Shown: positions 12,655-25,030, counted from the first letter of the whole stretch. The stretch: DNA of 63,970 nt, filler included, from Octopus bimaculoides (GCF_001194135.2; 6 parts of 6 records of this genome joined end to end with filler, not necessarily neighbours in it), one strand, 5' to 3'. The notes: generated by a model from the sequence alone, not told the origin. Numbers and translations are program-made.

Positions 12655-12880
12655 AGGCACGTGGCTTAGTGGTTAGGGTAATCAGCTCACGATCGTGAGA
12701 TCTTGAGTTCGATTCCCGGTGCCGCTTGTGTCCTTGAGCAAGACACTTAGTGGTTCGACAAATGAGACCGATAGAATAAGTACTAGGCTTACAAAGAATA
12801 AGTCCTGGGGTTGATTTGCTCGACTAAAGGTGGTGCTCCAGCTTGGCTGCAGTCAAATGACTGAAACAAGTAAAAGAATA
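12655..12880 (+). mobile_element. Chimeric SINE: family B tRNA-like head joined to family A tail
   Basis: The head matches 19509 (A box tggcttagtgg, B box gagttcgattccc) up to aagacactta. The rest matches the family A tail. Confidence 0.85.
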
Positions 12881-13395
12881 TGTATATATATATATATATA
12901 TATATATNNNNNNNNNNNNNNNNNNNNNNNNNNNNNNNNNNNNNNNNNNNNNNNNNNNNNNNNNNNNNNNNNNNNNNNNNNNNNNNNNNNNNNNNNNNNN
13001 NNNNNNNNNNNNNNNNNNNNNNNNNNNNNNNNNNNNNNNNNNNNNNNNNNNNNNNNNNNNNNNNNNNNNNNNNNNNNNNNNNNNNNNNNNNNNNNNNNNN
13101 NNNNNNNNNNNNNNNNNNNNNNNNNNNNNNNNNNNNNNNNNNNNNNNNNNNNNNNNNNNNNNNNNNNNNNNNNNNNNNNNNNNNNNNNNNNNNNNNNNNN
13201 NNNNNNNNNNNNNNNNNNNNNNNNNNNNNNNNNNNNNNNNNNNNNNNNNNNNNNNNNNNNNNNNNNNNNNNNNNNNNNNNNNNNNNNNNNNNNNNNNNNN
13301 NNNNNNNNNNNNNNNNNNNNNNNNNNNNNNNNNNNNNNNNNNNNNNNNNNNNNNNNNNNNNNNNNNNNNNNNNNNNNNNNNNNNNNNNNNNNNNN

Positions 13396-13467
13396 TGTTA
13401 CGGAGACATAAACATACTCACATCGGTTGTCAAGCGATGGTGGGGCTACAAGTACATAAATGCATAC

Positions 13468-13520
<53 letters not shown>

Positions 13521-13672
13521 GGACTTCTTTCAGTTTCCGTCTACCAAATCTACTCACAAGGCCTTGGTCGGCCTGAGGCTATAGTAGAAAACACTTGCCC
13601 AACGTTCCATTCAGTGCTACTGAACCTGGGTGTGGTTGGGAAGCAAGCTTCTTACCACACAGCCACACAGCG
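13396..13672 (-). mobile_element. SINE family A (5' two-thirds) with internal (TA)n
   Basis: Reverse complement of the family A head and body. Confidence 0.9.
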
Positions 13673-13739
13673 TATGAACCTGAAGGACTACAAGATTGTG
13701 TAACCAACCCTTCTGTTCGATTCATATGCCCCTCCGGCT

Positions 13740-16280
13740 AGGATATGGGTCTAATGAGTAAAATAGTTATACATAGGATATTACTCCAGTTACTCCTGTG
13801 GTCCAATACTACTGAAATTATCCACTGAATAATATCCCTACCCCATAAAGATAAACGTAAGTTTATACAAGTGGATATCGATAACTACTATTTCTGTGTC
13901 TCGCCTATCCTTTGCAAACTCGACCTCACTCGGAATGAAATTCATATTATCCTAACGGCCCATAGCATTAATTAAGCTCAATGGAAATTATTCCTAGGGA
14001 AAACCCCGATAATTTCGACATCCCTATGCAGTCGAGTGACTCGGTCCAGTTGAGCAACCTCGTGGAGATCTATTTGCTTCACTGTCTTCGAGATAGTTTC
14101 CTCGTATCTCCGGTGATCTCTATAGGGATGACTCCCTGTTCACGGTCAAGTGTTGTAGCCCATGTTTCCTATACCGCCCAATCTCACCACCACATACTGA
14201 TGGTGAGATTGAGCAGTATAGAAAGAGAATTAAAGTTTCCTTTAAGATCATGGACTTTAACGTCTCTTTCGGTTATAGCCTTAAAATCGCAGAATTCCTG
14301 GATGTTACTTTGGAACTTCATAATAATTTATTCCATCTGTATCCAAACCAAGTGAGAACTTAATTACGTTAATTTTCTATCTAACTATCCGTCTGGTGTC
14401 CTCAAATCTATTATTGATTGCGTATTTTATAGGATTTCTACTCTTCATTATCTGTCAATAATGAAATCTTCAACCAGTACTCTGATTATTATAATGATGC
14501 ACTTTGTAGGACCGCCTTCAGTAATAAAATTATATATATTCCCATCTGGAGGGATACTCCTTCTCCCTCACTTAACACTGGGGTTTCCAACGATATCCCC
14601 GTACATCCTTCCAGTACAAAAACTTACCACCTGTGCCCACAGGCGTAATTATCTTACAGGATCTAATAGGCACTATGTTGATATCAAGGTCCTTTATCCG
14701 CAGGAGCGGCTGTGTGGAAAGTAACTTGCTTACGAACCACATGGTTCCGGGTTCAGTCCCACTGCGTGGCACCTTAGGCAAGTGTCTTCTACTATAGCCT
14801 CGGGCCGACCAAAGCCTTGTGAGTGGATTTGGTAGACGGAAACTGAAAGAAGCCCGTCGTATATATGTATATATATATGTATGTATGTGAATATGTTTGT
14901 GTGTGTGTGTGTGTCCCCAACATCGTTTAACAACCGATGCTGGTGTGTTTACGTCCCCGTAACATAGCGGTTCGGCAAAAGAGACCGATAGAATAAGTAC
15001 TAGGCTTACAAAGAATAAGTTCTGGAGTCGATTTGCTCGACTAAAGGCGGTGCTCCAGTATGACCGCAGTCAAATGACTGAAACAAGTAAAAGAGTAAAA
15101 GAGTAATTCTGTGGCTACCTACTGTAATAATATATACAAGCATAACACCTTACGTAATCTAAACCAACATAAACTTGAGAATAGCCTTCTATATGATTCG
15201 CCTTAAGTTAATTCTGATTAACAGACTAAACATCAGCCGAAGTATTTTTCAAGTGGGCAGCTGAGGTTAAGTTACCCCGAGATATTTAGTAAGTATATGT
15301 TCTTCTGTCGTAACTCAGAGTTTAGTAGCCATATATGACGAGGTAAATGAGCTGGGGTTAGTGGTATAATCTGGTTTCAACCCCACTCTTCGCCCTTAAT
15401 TATCAGAGTAGTTTACCTTAGCAATTTTTTCCTTTGTTGGAAAAAACACTTCCCTTGGCTTAATAAATATAGAAAACTTTTTAATCCCCACCCTGTTAAG
15501 CTTTCATACTCGACCTTGATGCCAACGGGGTGTCTGTTAGGTCTTGTACGATAATTACGCCTGTGAGCACAGGTGATAGGTTTAGGACTCGAAGGGGTAT
15601 GAAGATACCGCTGGAAAACCCAATGTTAAGTGAGGGAGAAAGAATATCCCTCCAGATGGGAATATATATAATTTTATAACCGGTTCCACAGAATGCATCG
15701 TTATACTAAACAGCGTAGAGGTGGAAGATTTCATTATATGTTGTCTTAATAATAGGAGATTGCTTAATCTTGACATGGGTACCAGTAACAAGATTAATTG
15801 AACATCCACCAACCTCCAACCTATACCTAGCAACCCTGCGGATTCTCTCCAGCCTAAAGATAAGATTAGCACAAACTCTGGCTACCCTAAGTTGGGCGCA
15901 CTGCTCTTTCCATATAATGGGTCCCGGGATTTGTCAATGCGAGTTTAAAATAACACAAAATATAGGTATGGTGTTGTTAACAATGATAGTAATCACTATA
16001 CTTGCCCACATGGTATTATCTACTCAACACGTCGTAATACTAGAAACGGTAGCTTCCCCGCCCACACACACACTTGAAGCACCCTGCTAACGACTGCAGG
16101 GAGACTTCGTAACTGTAAATACCTGGCCTCCTACTTCTTGGACAATAAATGTCCCGTTAAGAACATTGTACACAGACGCATACTACAGCCGTCCCATCAA
16201 CTTCTCTTGAAAATTCATTAATGAAGTCATGTCACCATTCGTTAATGTCATGAAATTCCATGTGAAGAATATTAACCACA
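13740..16280 (+). mobile_element. Degenerate Penelope-like retroelement (RT plus GIY-YIG remnants), interrupted by a SINE and an inverted segment
   Basis: FIQVDIDNYY, DNFDIPM, LYRDDSL, EFLDVTLEL, IIWFQP and CNC....LDNKCPVKNIV are collinear with PLE RT, thumb/linker and GIY-YIG regions. Confidence 0.75.
14700..15105 (+). mobile_element. SINE family A, full length
   Basis: tRNA-like head (A box ggctgtgtgg, B box ggttcagtccc), a CORE-like accttrggcaag segment, internal (TA)/(TG) repeat and an (AAAGAGT)n tail. Confidence 0.93.
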
Positions 16281-16379
16281 GCCTAAACCTTTTTCAATTC
16301 TTTTTTTCTTTTCTTTCGAATCCTCCCAACTTGTGTCATTAAGGACACAAAGTTCTTATTCATTTTAAAATATATCTTC

Positions 16380-16790
16380 TCCCTCATCTGAACCTAGTAC
16401 ATACAGGCTTCTCCGCCTAACCGAACTCTTCTTTATATTGAATTGTTTCTCCTGGTCAAGTGAGTTCTCTCAGAACACCATCAGTGTGACCATTGATACC
16501 AAGTTGTCTTTGTGTGTGCATCTTATATACCTGGGTGATCGTTTCCACAAACATCTTCCTTGCCATTTAGCTTAACATTTAAGCACTCCCCAAATCGTCG
16601 CTAAATATTTCAGCTCACCAGATCTCCCGGTTTGCAGACTCATCATATTCATATACTACCGCTCACCGTACATTCGCAAGTTCAGCAAGAGAAACATTTC
16701 ATCTATACTCCAGGAACGTCCTCGCTTCAAAGCATTATTGAATATTTCTCATTCTCTCAGCCGACTTCCAGAATTTTGTTTTATATGACT
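16380..16790 (-). pseudogene. RTE-like LINE reverse-transcriptase relic
   Basis: Minus-strand KWQGRCLWKRSPRYIRCTHK..SLYVLG resembles the KWPC..C.KGVG.NSI.CT insert and YLG motif of RTE elements. Many stops. Confidence 0.4.
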
Positions 16791-16962
16791 GCAGTTCGTT
16801 AAATCCAATTATATATATCTTGTTCTCTCCTTTTGACTTTACTATTTTGCTTCGGTGCCTGTTTTCTCTACTCCTCTTTTTACATCCACCCTTCACTGTC
16901 ATTAAGATTTGTGTTCTTGTTCATTATCCCTCTTTTTATGCGTCGCACACCTCACATTTTAC

Positions 16963-16965
<3 letters not shown>

Positions 16966-17037
<72 letters not shown>
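16966..17037. repeat. (TC)n microsatellite
   Basis: Pure run. Confidence 0.98.
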
Positions 17038-17039
<2 letters not shown>

Positions 17040-17248
17040 GTTTCATCGAAAGAAGTCCCTCGCTGACATTCTGCTCGAAACGTTAAACTTTTTCTCTTCA
17101 CTACATCAAGATCTTTAGAGAATATGACTAAATTCCTTGTGGTATTTGTTACTGTTCCCTGTACTATGTATGAGTTCAAATCTCACCGTAACCATCTTTA
17201 TCTTTCATCCTTTGGAGGAAGCTAGACTAAATTACCAGTCCAAAGTGA

Positions 17249-17755
17249 AATGAAAGATTGGCGAAACTGTTAGTGTCGAATGAGATAGCTTGCAATATTT
17301 CTACCATTTCTTTGCCTTCTAAGTTCTTGGATGGTAGACATGATCTGACGTTCGATTTAACAACACCAACTGAACTCGATGTTTTGATGAAGGTATTTGG
17401 GCCAAATATCCGGTTTGAGGATAACCTCTTGACTTTCTTCAACTCACATCGGAGGCTCTGAAAAATAGTTAAGAATCCGGGTTACTACCTGTCCCTCTTA
17501 GGCAAAGTGGTAACTATCCCTATCAATTTATCCCAGTTTTGATATGTCAAATCTTCGAAGTCACTACCAATGCTAAATCTCTTAATCACGGATGAATCTG
17601 GACACGTACATAAAATTGCTGAAACAACAGAAAGATCAAGACGCCTCTTTAGAATAAGACCATATCAAATTCAATGGTACTACCCACCGATGTATGAGAA
17701 AGCAGTGTTACGCCAAAATATCGAAGACATACCCACTATATTACTACTCAACTGA
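17249..17755 (+). pseudogene. Decayed ORF, possibly a LINE ORF1 (RRM plus zinc-knuckle remnant)
   Basis: A ~170-codon frame with only two internal stops. LSQF*YVKS and RIRPYQIQWYYPP resemble LINE ORF1 motifs. Confidence 0.3.
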
Positions 17756-18289
17756 TTAACTAAAACTCACTCATCAACATACTGCTTCTTCTATTTTCCC
17801 TTAAAGACGAAACTCTTTAACGGTTTGTCACCATAAAAACTGGATTTTTAGTGGTCTGTGCAGAGAAACTAACTATGGTCATGTTTCAATAGGTAGAATA
17901 ATGATATTGAATGTATCTCAGAGTACAATGAGACTTGCAGATATCTCTGCTGACTATTCCACTGTATCATTCCATTCTAGCCATTTCGCCCTACTTACCA
18001 CAGATTCAGGGAGTCAACGATGAGCATGAGATTAGTCGCTCGACGCAGTCTTCTTCCTATAATTCAAGCCAGGACCCGAACTTCCTCAAAAAATACTAAC
18101 AAATGGCGGACTTTTGTTGCGGCTGTCGAGGTACCAAGCTCCGTTTGCGACAATGAAATGCCTACTTTTCTCTAGTTTCATTAAAGAAAAGATGTATCTC
18201 TAAACGAAGGGAAAACAAGAAAGAATAATATTAACAAGCATACGCAGACATAATTATGTGGTCAAGAGCTTCGTTTAGCAGCAACAGTA

Positions 18290-18319
18290 TCTATATATAT
18301 ATATAAAAATGAGAATGTG

Positions 18320-18350
<31 letters not shown>

Positions 18351-18966
18351 GTGAATCCCTAAAACTCGAGAACTACGCAACCAATTTCATTCAAATTTTA
18401 CACATGCCTTACTTAGGGTTCCAGTTGTGTTTTAGTCAAAAAAATGTTTAACTCCTTGCAGAGTTCGAGCCCACGGCAACATAATATCTCCTCCACTATT
18501 TAAGTATTACGTGTCAAAAGTGAAACAAAAACACTCATGTCAAATACTTTCACTTTAAAAATGAAACTATTCTACTAACTGAAACAATCACATTTCGATA
18601 CTGTAATGACAGATACTTTCNNNNNNNNNNGCATAAATTGTCAAGTAAATGAGACGCATCTTTGCCTCCACTGATTCACTTGCAAAGTGTTGAGTAAAAT
18701 TATTTCGTTGCAGACCTCCTTTGGGTCTTTTTATTATCACTACGACACACATAGTCCCCAGTTGGTAACAATGATTTCAAGGCCCTCCTAGATGAGAGAC
18801 TGGCATTCCACTTAATGTCTATGTTCCATGCTGGCATGGATTGGAGAGTTATTAATGTAGAAATATGGTATCGTAGCTACTAACAGTTGAGGGTTGCGTA
18901 GTCTAGACGGCGTTTTAAGATTTCATTATTCTCTTTAACCCGGGCAAAGCCGGGTATTTCTGCTAG
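18290..18966 (+). mobile_element. Non-autonomous Helitron (DINE/HINE-like)
   Basis: 5' A|TC, internal (TCTG)n, subterminal hairpin ACCCGG-gcaaag-CCGGGT (18938-18955) and 3' CTAG|T. Confidence 0.85.
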
Positions 18967-19472
18967 TTTTCAATATTTTCTGAGTAGAATTTGGTAAACG
19001 AAAACTGAGTGGAAGACCTATGTAATTCTACATGCGTGTGCCGGGGTAGTAGTTATGTGAGCGTTGAATTGCGTTGCTCCCTCTTAAATTAAAAACAAAT
19101 GGTAGCTTAGCGATGAAATAAGCACCAAACTGAAATATGTGCAGTAGTAGAAACTGTTTCAACGGTGCCTCAGTATGCGTGAAAGGCGTGTGAGAGAAAG
19201 AAATACGTAGCTGGTGCTATAGACAAACGGTCAGACAATAAAATCTAGTTGAAGGGGAATAACTAAAAAATGTAACATTGGCTATATTCTGTTATGTCCC
19301 TTGTATAGACATTCAATATTTTTCTGCTCATAACGGCATGTATGAATGTGTATGTGTGTTTGTGTGTGTGTGAGAGAGAGAGAGAGAGAGTGTGTGTGTG
19401 TGTGTGTGAGTACGTGTGTGTGAGTGCATGTGTGTGAGTGCGTGTGTGTGTGTATACCTATGTGCCTGTAGA

Positions 19473-19508
<36 letters not shown>

Positions 19509-19823
19509 GTGTGGCTCAGTGGTTAGGGCGTTCGGCTCACGATCTTACGATCGTGAGTTCAACTCCCAGCGACGCGTTGTGTCCTTGAACAAGACACTTT
19601 ATTTCACGTTGCTCCAGTCCACTCAGCTGGCAAAATGAGTAGTACCTGTATTTCAAAGGGCCAGCCCTGTCACACTCTGTGTCACGCTGAATCTCCCTGA
19701 GAGCTACGAGAAGAGTACACGTGCCTGTGGAGTGCTCAGCCACTTGCACGTTAATTTCATGAGCAGGGTGTTCCGTTGATCGGATCAACTGGAACCCTCG
19801 ACGTCGTAACCGACGGAGTGCTC
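19509..19823 (+). mobile_element. SINE family B, full length
   Basis: A box tggctcagtgg, B box gagttcaactccc, a CORE/V-like gtgtccttgaacaagacact segment, then a unique tail. Confidence 0.88.
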
Positions 19824-19831
19824 CTATATAT

Positions 19832-19993
19832 ATATTCTGTTGTGTCTAGGGAGAGACATTCTCTTTTGGTGCCTTATAATTTAACACATTCACCGGTAAA
19901 ATTTCCACTTATTTCTTTTTTATTTTTTTTAAAATTTCGTTTAAATTATAAGGCACCAAAAGAGAATGACTCTCCCCAGACACAACAGAATAT
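19832..19993. mobile_element. Short fold-back/MITE with 53-bp inverted termini
   Basis: 19832-19884 versus the reverse complement of 19941-19993: 2 mismatches. Confidence 0.85.
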
Positions 19994-20035
19994 GCTTCAA
20001 CACAAGAACTCCCATAAAGAATCTTGCAAACCAAA

Positions 20036-20135
20036 NNNNNNNNNNNNNNNNNNNNNNNNNNNNNNNNNNNNNNNNNNNNTTAATTAATTAANNNNNNNNN
20101 NNNNNNNNNNNNNNNNNNNNNNNNNNNNNNNNNNN
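20036..20135. other. Artificial scaffold-join spacer
   Basis: 44N-TTAATTAATTAA-44N. Confidence 0.95.
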
Positions 20136-20144
20136 TCTCTCTCT

Positions 20145-20458
20145 GAAAGTATCTGTCATTACAGTATCAAAATGTGATTGTTTCAGTTAGTAGAATAGTT
20201 TCATTTTTAATGTGAAAGTATTTGACATGAGTGTTTTTGTTTCACTTTTGACACGTAATACTTAAATAGTGGAGGAGATATTATGTTGCCGTGGGCTCGA
20301 ACTCTGCAAGAAGTTAAAATTGTTTTGACTAAAACACAACTGGAACCCTAAGTAAGGCATGTGTAAAATTTGAATGAAATTGGTTGCGTAGTTCTCGAGT
20401 TTTAGGGATTCACACAGACAGACAGACAGACACACATTCTCATTTTTATATATATAGA
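20145..20458 (-). mobile_element. Second Helitron copy (5' part), opposite orientation
   Basis: Near-identical reverse complement of 18290-18620, with the 5' A|TC intact. Confidence 0.9.
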
Positions 20459-20488
20459 TAACTACATATGCGCGCGTGCGCGTGTGTA

Positions 20489-20660
20489 TACTAGGTCTGA
20501 TCAAAAAGTATCGGGACAATGGCTATAGTAAGGGAGCTCAAGTACATGGAGTGAAGCCGCTTCGCACACACTGCCCTTGAACTCTGCCGCGCATGCACTC
20601 AAGTTATAACGCTCTCGCTCATCTCCATTTGTTAAAGCAGTGCTTGGAATTAAACTGATA
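20489..20660 (+). mobile_element. Left-end fragment of the mariner-like family seen at 286
   Basis: tactaggtctgatcaaaaagtatcgggac..gagtgaagccgcttcg..aaagcagtgcttg parallels 286-450. Confidence 0.7.
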
Positions 20661-20879
20661 TATTAGTTGATAGGTTGGGCTCATACAAATATATTTGTCT
20701 ATTAAATTTATAGTATAGATTTATAGTATAGTATAGAGGTGGCGGCATCCACGAACTCAGTGCTTTAATATCTACTACATATAGCAGTGTAACCTTATTG
20801 GATATATCAAAAGTTAATACCGATTACTACTGTGTTAGCAGTGCTCTTTAAATATGAGTTAAGGACATCTCTTCAGATT

Positions 20880-22570
20880 TTCAATAAAAATGATAACCAA
20901 CTTTGATAAAAATTCTAGATTTTCTTTTTATGAAGATGAAGATGGCGACGTCTTTAACAGCTAGTGAGCTGGAGGTAGAAGCTGGAGGTGATTTTGATAA
21001 GGGGGTGGAGCCACCCTCTGTGTCTCTCCTCGTCAATCTGACCGAAGATTCCATCCTCCTCAATTTACAAAGATTTAAAAGCTACACCCCTGCAGATGCG
21101 ATGATCGAGAAGAGCAGTGACATCAAACAATAACACGTCAAATTCCATCACAACAGGTATCGATAACAAAAGCACTATCAATGATATCAGGAACAACAAT
21201 AATAAGATCAGAAAAAGCGCGATCGAGAATATCACCATGCATGGAAATGGCCACATATGCAAGAAATATGGGCGAGTACAAACTTTGTAACTAGACCCCA
21301 ATTACTCGGTGCTGTCGAAGCACAATACCTCAGCGAGGCCCTCGCTGTAAAGTATTATGTTGTCCACTGTAAGAGTAAGGAATTGGTCCTCATTTCTATT
21401 TATCTTTGAAGATAGACAGTGAGGGTAAAGATGTACGGCGTACCACCAGAGGAACTGGACATCTTGTGAGTTGTAGCCTTTGTCATTCTGGAGGGAAGTG
21501 ACACTCTCCTGAAGGTAGGAGAAATGGTCTCGAATGGGACAGGGAATCATGGGTCTAAGTCAGTTTCCAAGTGGGCAGAATTCCAATATCAAAGTGGAGG
21601 ACAGAAGACTCAATTGTCACATATGTGGTGATGTCAACCACCTGAACGCCGTTTATCCATGACAAAAAGAAAAAGTACAGCAACCCCCACAACTTCAAAT
21701 GCAACAACGATCCATCCCCCCGGACACCACAAAAATAACAACTATGATATTAATAACACCGTGCAACCATACCAGCAGGAACATGAACATAAACTTTATA
21801 AACTACACGGCCATATACACAAATAACAAAGTATTAATGAACCACATTCATCAACATACAAACATTATCCACAACGACTACACCTCACCAACAAATAACA
21901 TACAAGTACACATGCAAATCCGCAAAATCACATGAGAAACTAAAAGCAAAATATCATGATGCAGTGGGAGATGTTCGAAGGATAATATACAAAGGGATGT
22001 ATATAAATTTACTGGTGGAAATAGCCACAACTAACCGGAAGGATAGATCGCATTTTCTTCCATGGGAATAAGGTTAGTACTCCTTCGTACTTTCCTTCTT
22101 TCATCCGTCTGAGCCTTATTCAAAAATAGGTGGTAAAAGCTGCCTACTCGATGACTTCAGATCTTCAGACATAGATGTTGTGGCAATCAAAGAAACAAGA
22201 ATTTCTAAGACAATCCATCGCGTCCATCTTCAGAAGCGACAAGCTCTACATATCTCTAAGTCTACCGAGATCAGGAGGTAGAGTTGCCGTGATGTTTCAG
22301 GAGGTTATGAATCTCTTTATAAGAACTATCTTCCAAGAGAGAGAGTAAATCGGTGGTACTGGAAGCAACCAGCAGCTAAGGACTTACCTACGGAATTGTA
22401 TCTGTCAACGACGAGAGAAGAGTGAGTTCGACAGATTTCTTTAGACGTCTAGTGTCTTTCCTAGGAAACTGCATTCTTGGTACTAGTAAGAGACCGGAAT
22501 GGCATCTTCTATGCACATTCTGATCGTGAGTGGATAATCGATAAAACAGGATTAGCAGTCGGATTTCTTT
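20880..22570 (+). mobile_element. Decayed L1/Tx1-like LINE (ORF1 plus endonuclease remnant)
   Basis: RVKMYGVPPEEL, zinc knuckle CHICGDVNHLNAVY at 21615, and APE remnant [33 protein letters not shown]. Confidence 0.7.
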
Positions 22571-22584
22571 GCAGGCGAACACAT

Positions 22585-22693
22585 ACACGCACATACACGC
22601 ACACACACGCACACACACGCGCACACACACACACATACGCACACACACATACACACACACATACACACACACATACACACGCACAATACTCAT

Positions 22694-22753
<60 letters not shown>

Positions 22754-22977
22754 CTCTACCCCCACAAAATGCTGAGGCTCCGAATTTTGAAGTTTCTGTT
22801 GAATGTGTTCTTTGTTAAACTTTTTCCAAGAATAATTTCGATATATTTACGAAGCAAATATTTATTCTAATCACTACTGTGTGAGCGTCTATCTATCTAT
22901 CTATTTCTATACTTACCTACCTACCTACATACCTACCTACATACATACATACATACATACATGCATACACACACACG

Positions 22978-23015
<38 letters not shown>
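22585..23015. repeat. (CA)n/(TACA)n compound microsatellites
   Basis: Direct tandem repeats. Confidence 0.95.
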
Positions 23016-23016
<1 letters not shown>

Positions 23017-23402
23017 NNNNNNNNNNNNNNNNNNNNNNNNNNNNNNNNNNNNNNNNNNNNNNNNNNNNNNNNNNNNNNNNNNNNNNNNNNNNNNNNNNNN
23101 NNNNNNNNNNNNNNNNNNNNNNNNNNNNNNNNNNNNNNNNNNNNNNNNNNNNNNNNNNNNNNNNNNNNNNNNNNNNNNNNNNNNNNNNNNNNNNNNNNNN
23201 NNNNNNNNNNNNNNNNNNNNNNNNNNNNNNNNNNNNNNNNNNNNNNNNNNNNNNNNNNNNNNNNNNNNNNNNNNNNNNNNNNNNNNNNNNNNNNNNNNNN
23301 NNNNNNNNNNNNNNNNNNNNNNNNNNNNNNNNNNNNNNNNNNNNNNNNNNNNNNNNNNNNNNNNNNNNNNNNNNNNNNNNNNNNNNNNNNNNNNNNNNNN
23401 NN

Positions 23403-23463
<61 letters not shown>

Positions 23464-23901
23464 GAGGAAAGGGGAGTTAAGCAAGGGGTCAGTTCGAGGA
23501 GATGACGTGGAGTAGTAATGATGAAGACATGTTGAGGATCATGCTGATTGTGATGACGGAAATCGGTAATGGCGATGATGGTAATAGTGGTGACGATGTC
23601 AACAGCAACGAATGATGGCGCTGACGCTGATGATGAAGATGAGGAGGGGAGGAGGAAGAGGAGGAAGAGGAGGAAAGATGGTGATGATGATGACGACAAT
23701 GATGATGATTTTGATGATGATGCTGAGGATGAAGATGAGGAGGGGAGGAGGAAGGGGGAAGAGGAGTAGGAGAGGGAAGATGGTGATGATGATGATGACG
23801 ACAATGACGATGATTTTGATGATTTTGATGATGATGTTGAGGATGATGATGATGGTTTTGATGACGTCAGCAACAATGGTAGTGGTGGCGATGGTGGTAA
23901 T

Positions 23902-23974
<73 letters not shown>

Positions 23975-24300
23975 GATGATGACGATAGTGATGAGGATTA
24001 TACCGGTTGGATGTGGCTTGAGGGTGAAGTGACAAGAGGTCTAATGGGGTCATGGTGGTGATGGTGATGATGCTAATGACGGTAATGGTGGTGATAATGA
24101 TGGTGGTGGTGATGATGATGATGATGATGAGGAGGAGGAGGAGCAGGAGGAGGAGGAGCAGGAGGAGGAGGAGGATGATGATGATTGTGTGGTAGGATTA
24201 TAATGTTGGTGATGGTGGTGGTGATGACGATGTTGTTGGTGATGCTGCTGCAGATGATGTAGGTGATGCTAGTGTTGTTGTTGTTGTTGCTACTGCTCGT
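23403..24300. repeat. (GA)n followed by a (GAT/GAG/GGT)n low-complexity tract
   Basis: Trinucleotide-dominated sequence. The acidic and His-rich ORFs here are artefacts. Confidence 0.93.
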
Positions 24301-24524
24301 GATGAGGAACTGGGAACAGATATGTTAAAAAACAAAAACCCCTAATATACAAAGAAAACTCCCAGAAATATTTCCTATAAACTTTAATATTGTTTAACCC
24401 TTCTGTTCTCGTTAATGTGACTTCCACCCCCCACCCACACCTTATCTTCCATAATGCATTCTATAATGTCTCTTTTCTCCACTCTTCTCTCCGCCTTCTA
24501 AAACCCCTCTACTTCTTCACCATT

Positions 24525-24559
24525 GCCATCATCATCATCATCATCATCGTCATTCCGCA

Positions 24560-24590
<31 letters not shown>

Positions 24591-25030
24591 CTTCTTCTTC
24601 TTCTTCAATTTCTTCTTCAATTTCTTCTTCTTCTTCTTCTTCTTCTTCTTCTTCTTCTTCTTCTTCNNNNNNNNNNNNNNNNNNNNNNNNNNNNNNNNNN
24701 NNNNNNNNNNNNNNNNNNNNNNNNNNNNNNNNNNNNNNNNNNNNNNNNNNNNNNNNNNNNNNNNNNNNNNNNNNNNNNNNNNNNNNNNNNNNNNNNNNNN
24801 NNNNNNNNNNNNNNNNNNNNNNNNNNNNNNNNNNNNNNNNNNNNNNNNNNNNNNNNNNNNNNNNNNNNNTTCTTCTTCTTCTTCTTCTTCTTCTTCTTCT
24901 TCTTCTTCTTCTTCAATTTCTTCTTCAATTTCTTCTTCTTCTTCTTCTTCTTCTTCTTCTTCTTCTTCTTCTTTTTCTTCTTCTTCTTCTTCTTCTTCTC
25001 CCCCTCCTCCCCCTCCTCCTCCCCCTCCCA
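24525..25030. repeat. (TTC)n tract spanning a gap
   Basis: Direct tandem repeat. Confidence 0.96.

Noticed and set aside
17249-17755. Polinton/adintovirus minor capsid resemblance (ITDESG..RIRPY)
   Set aside because: Only a few residues match, no other viral genes are nearby, and LINE ORF1 motifs fit at least as well.
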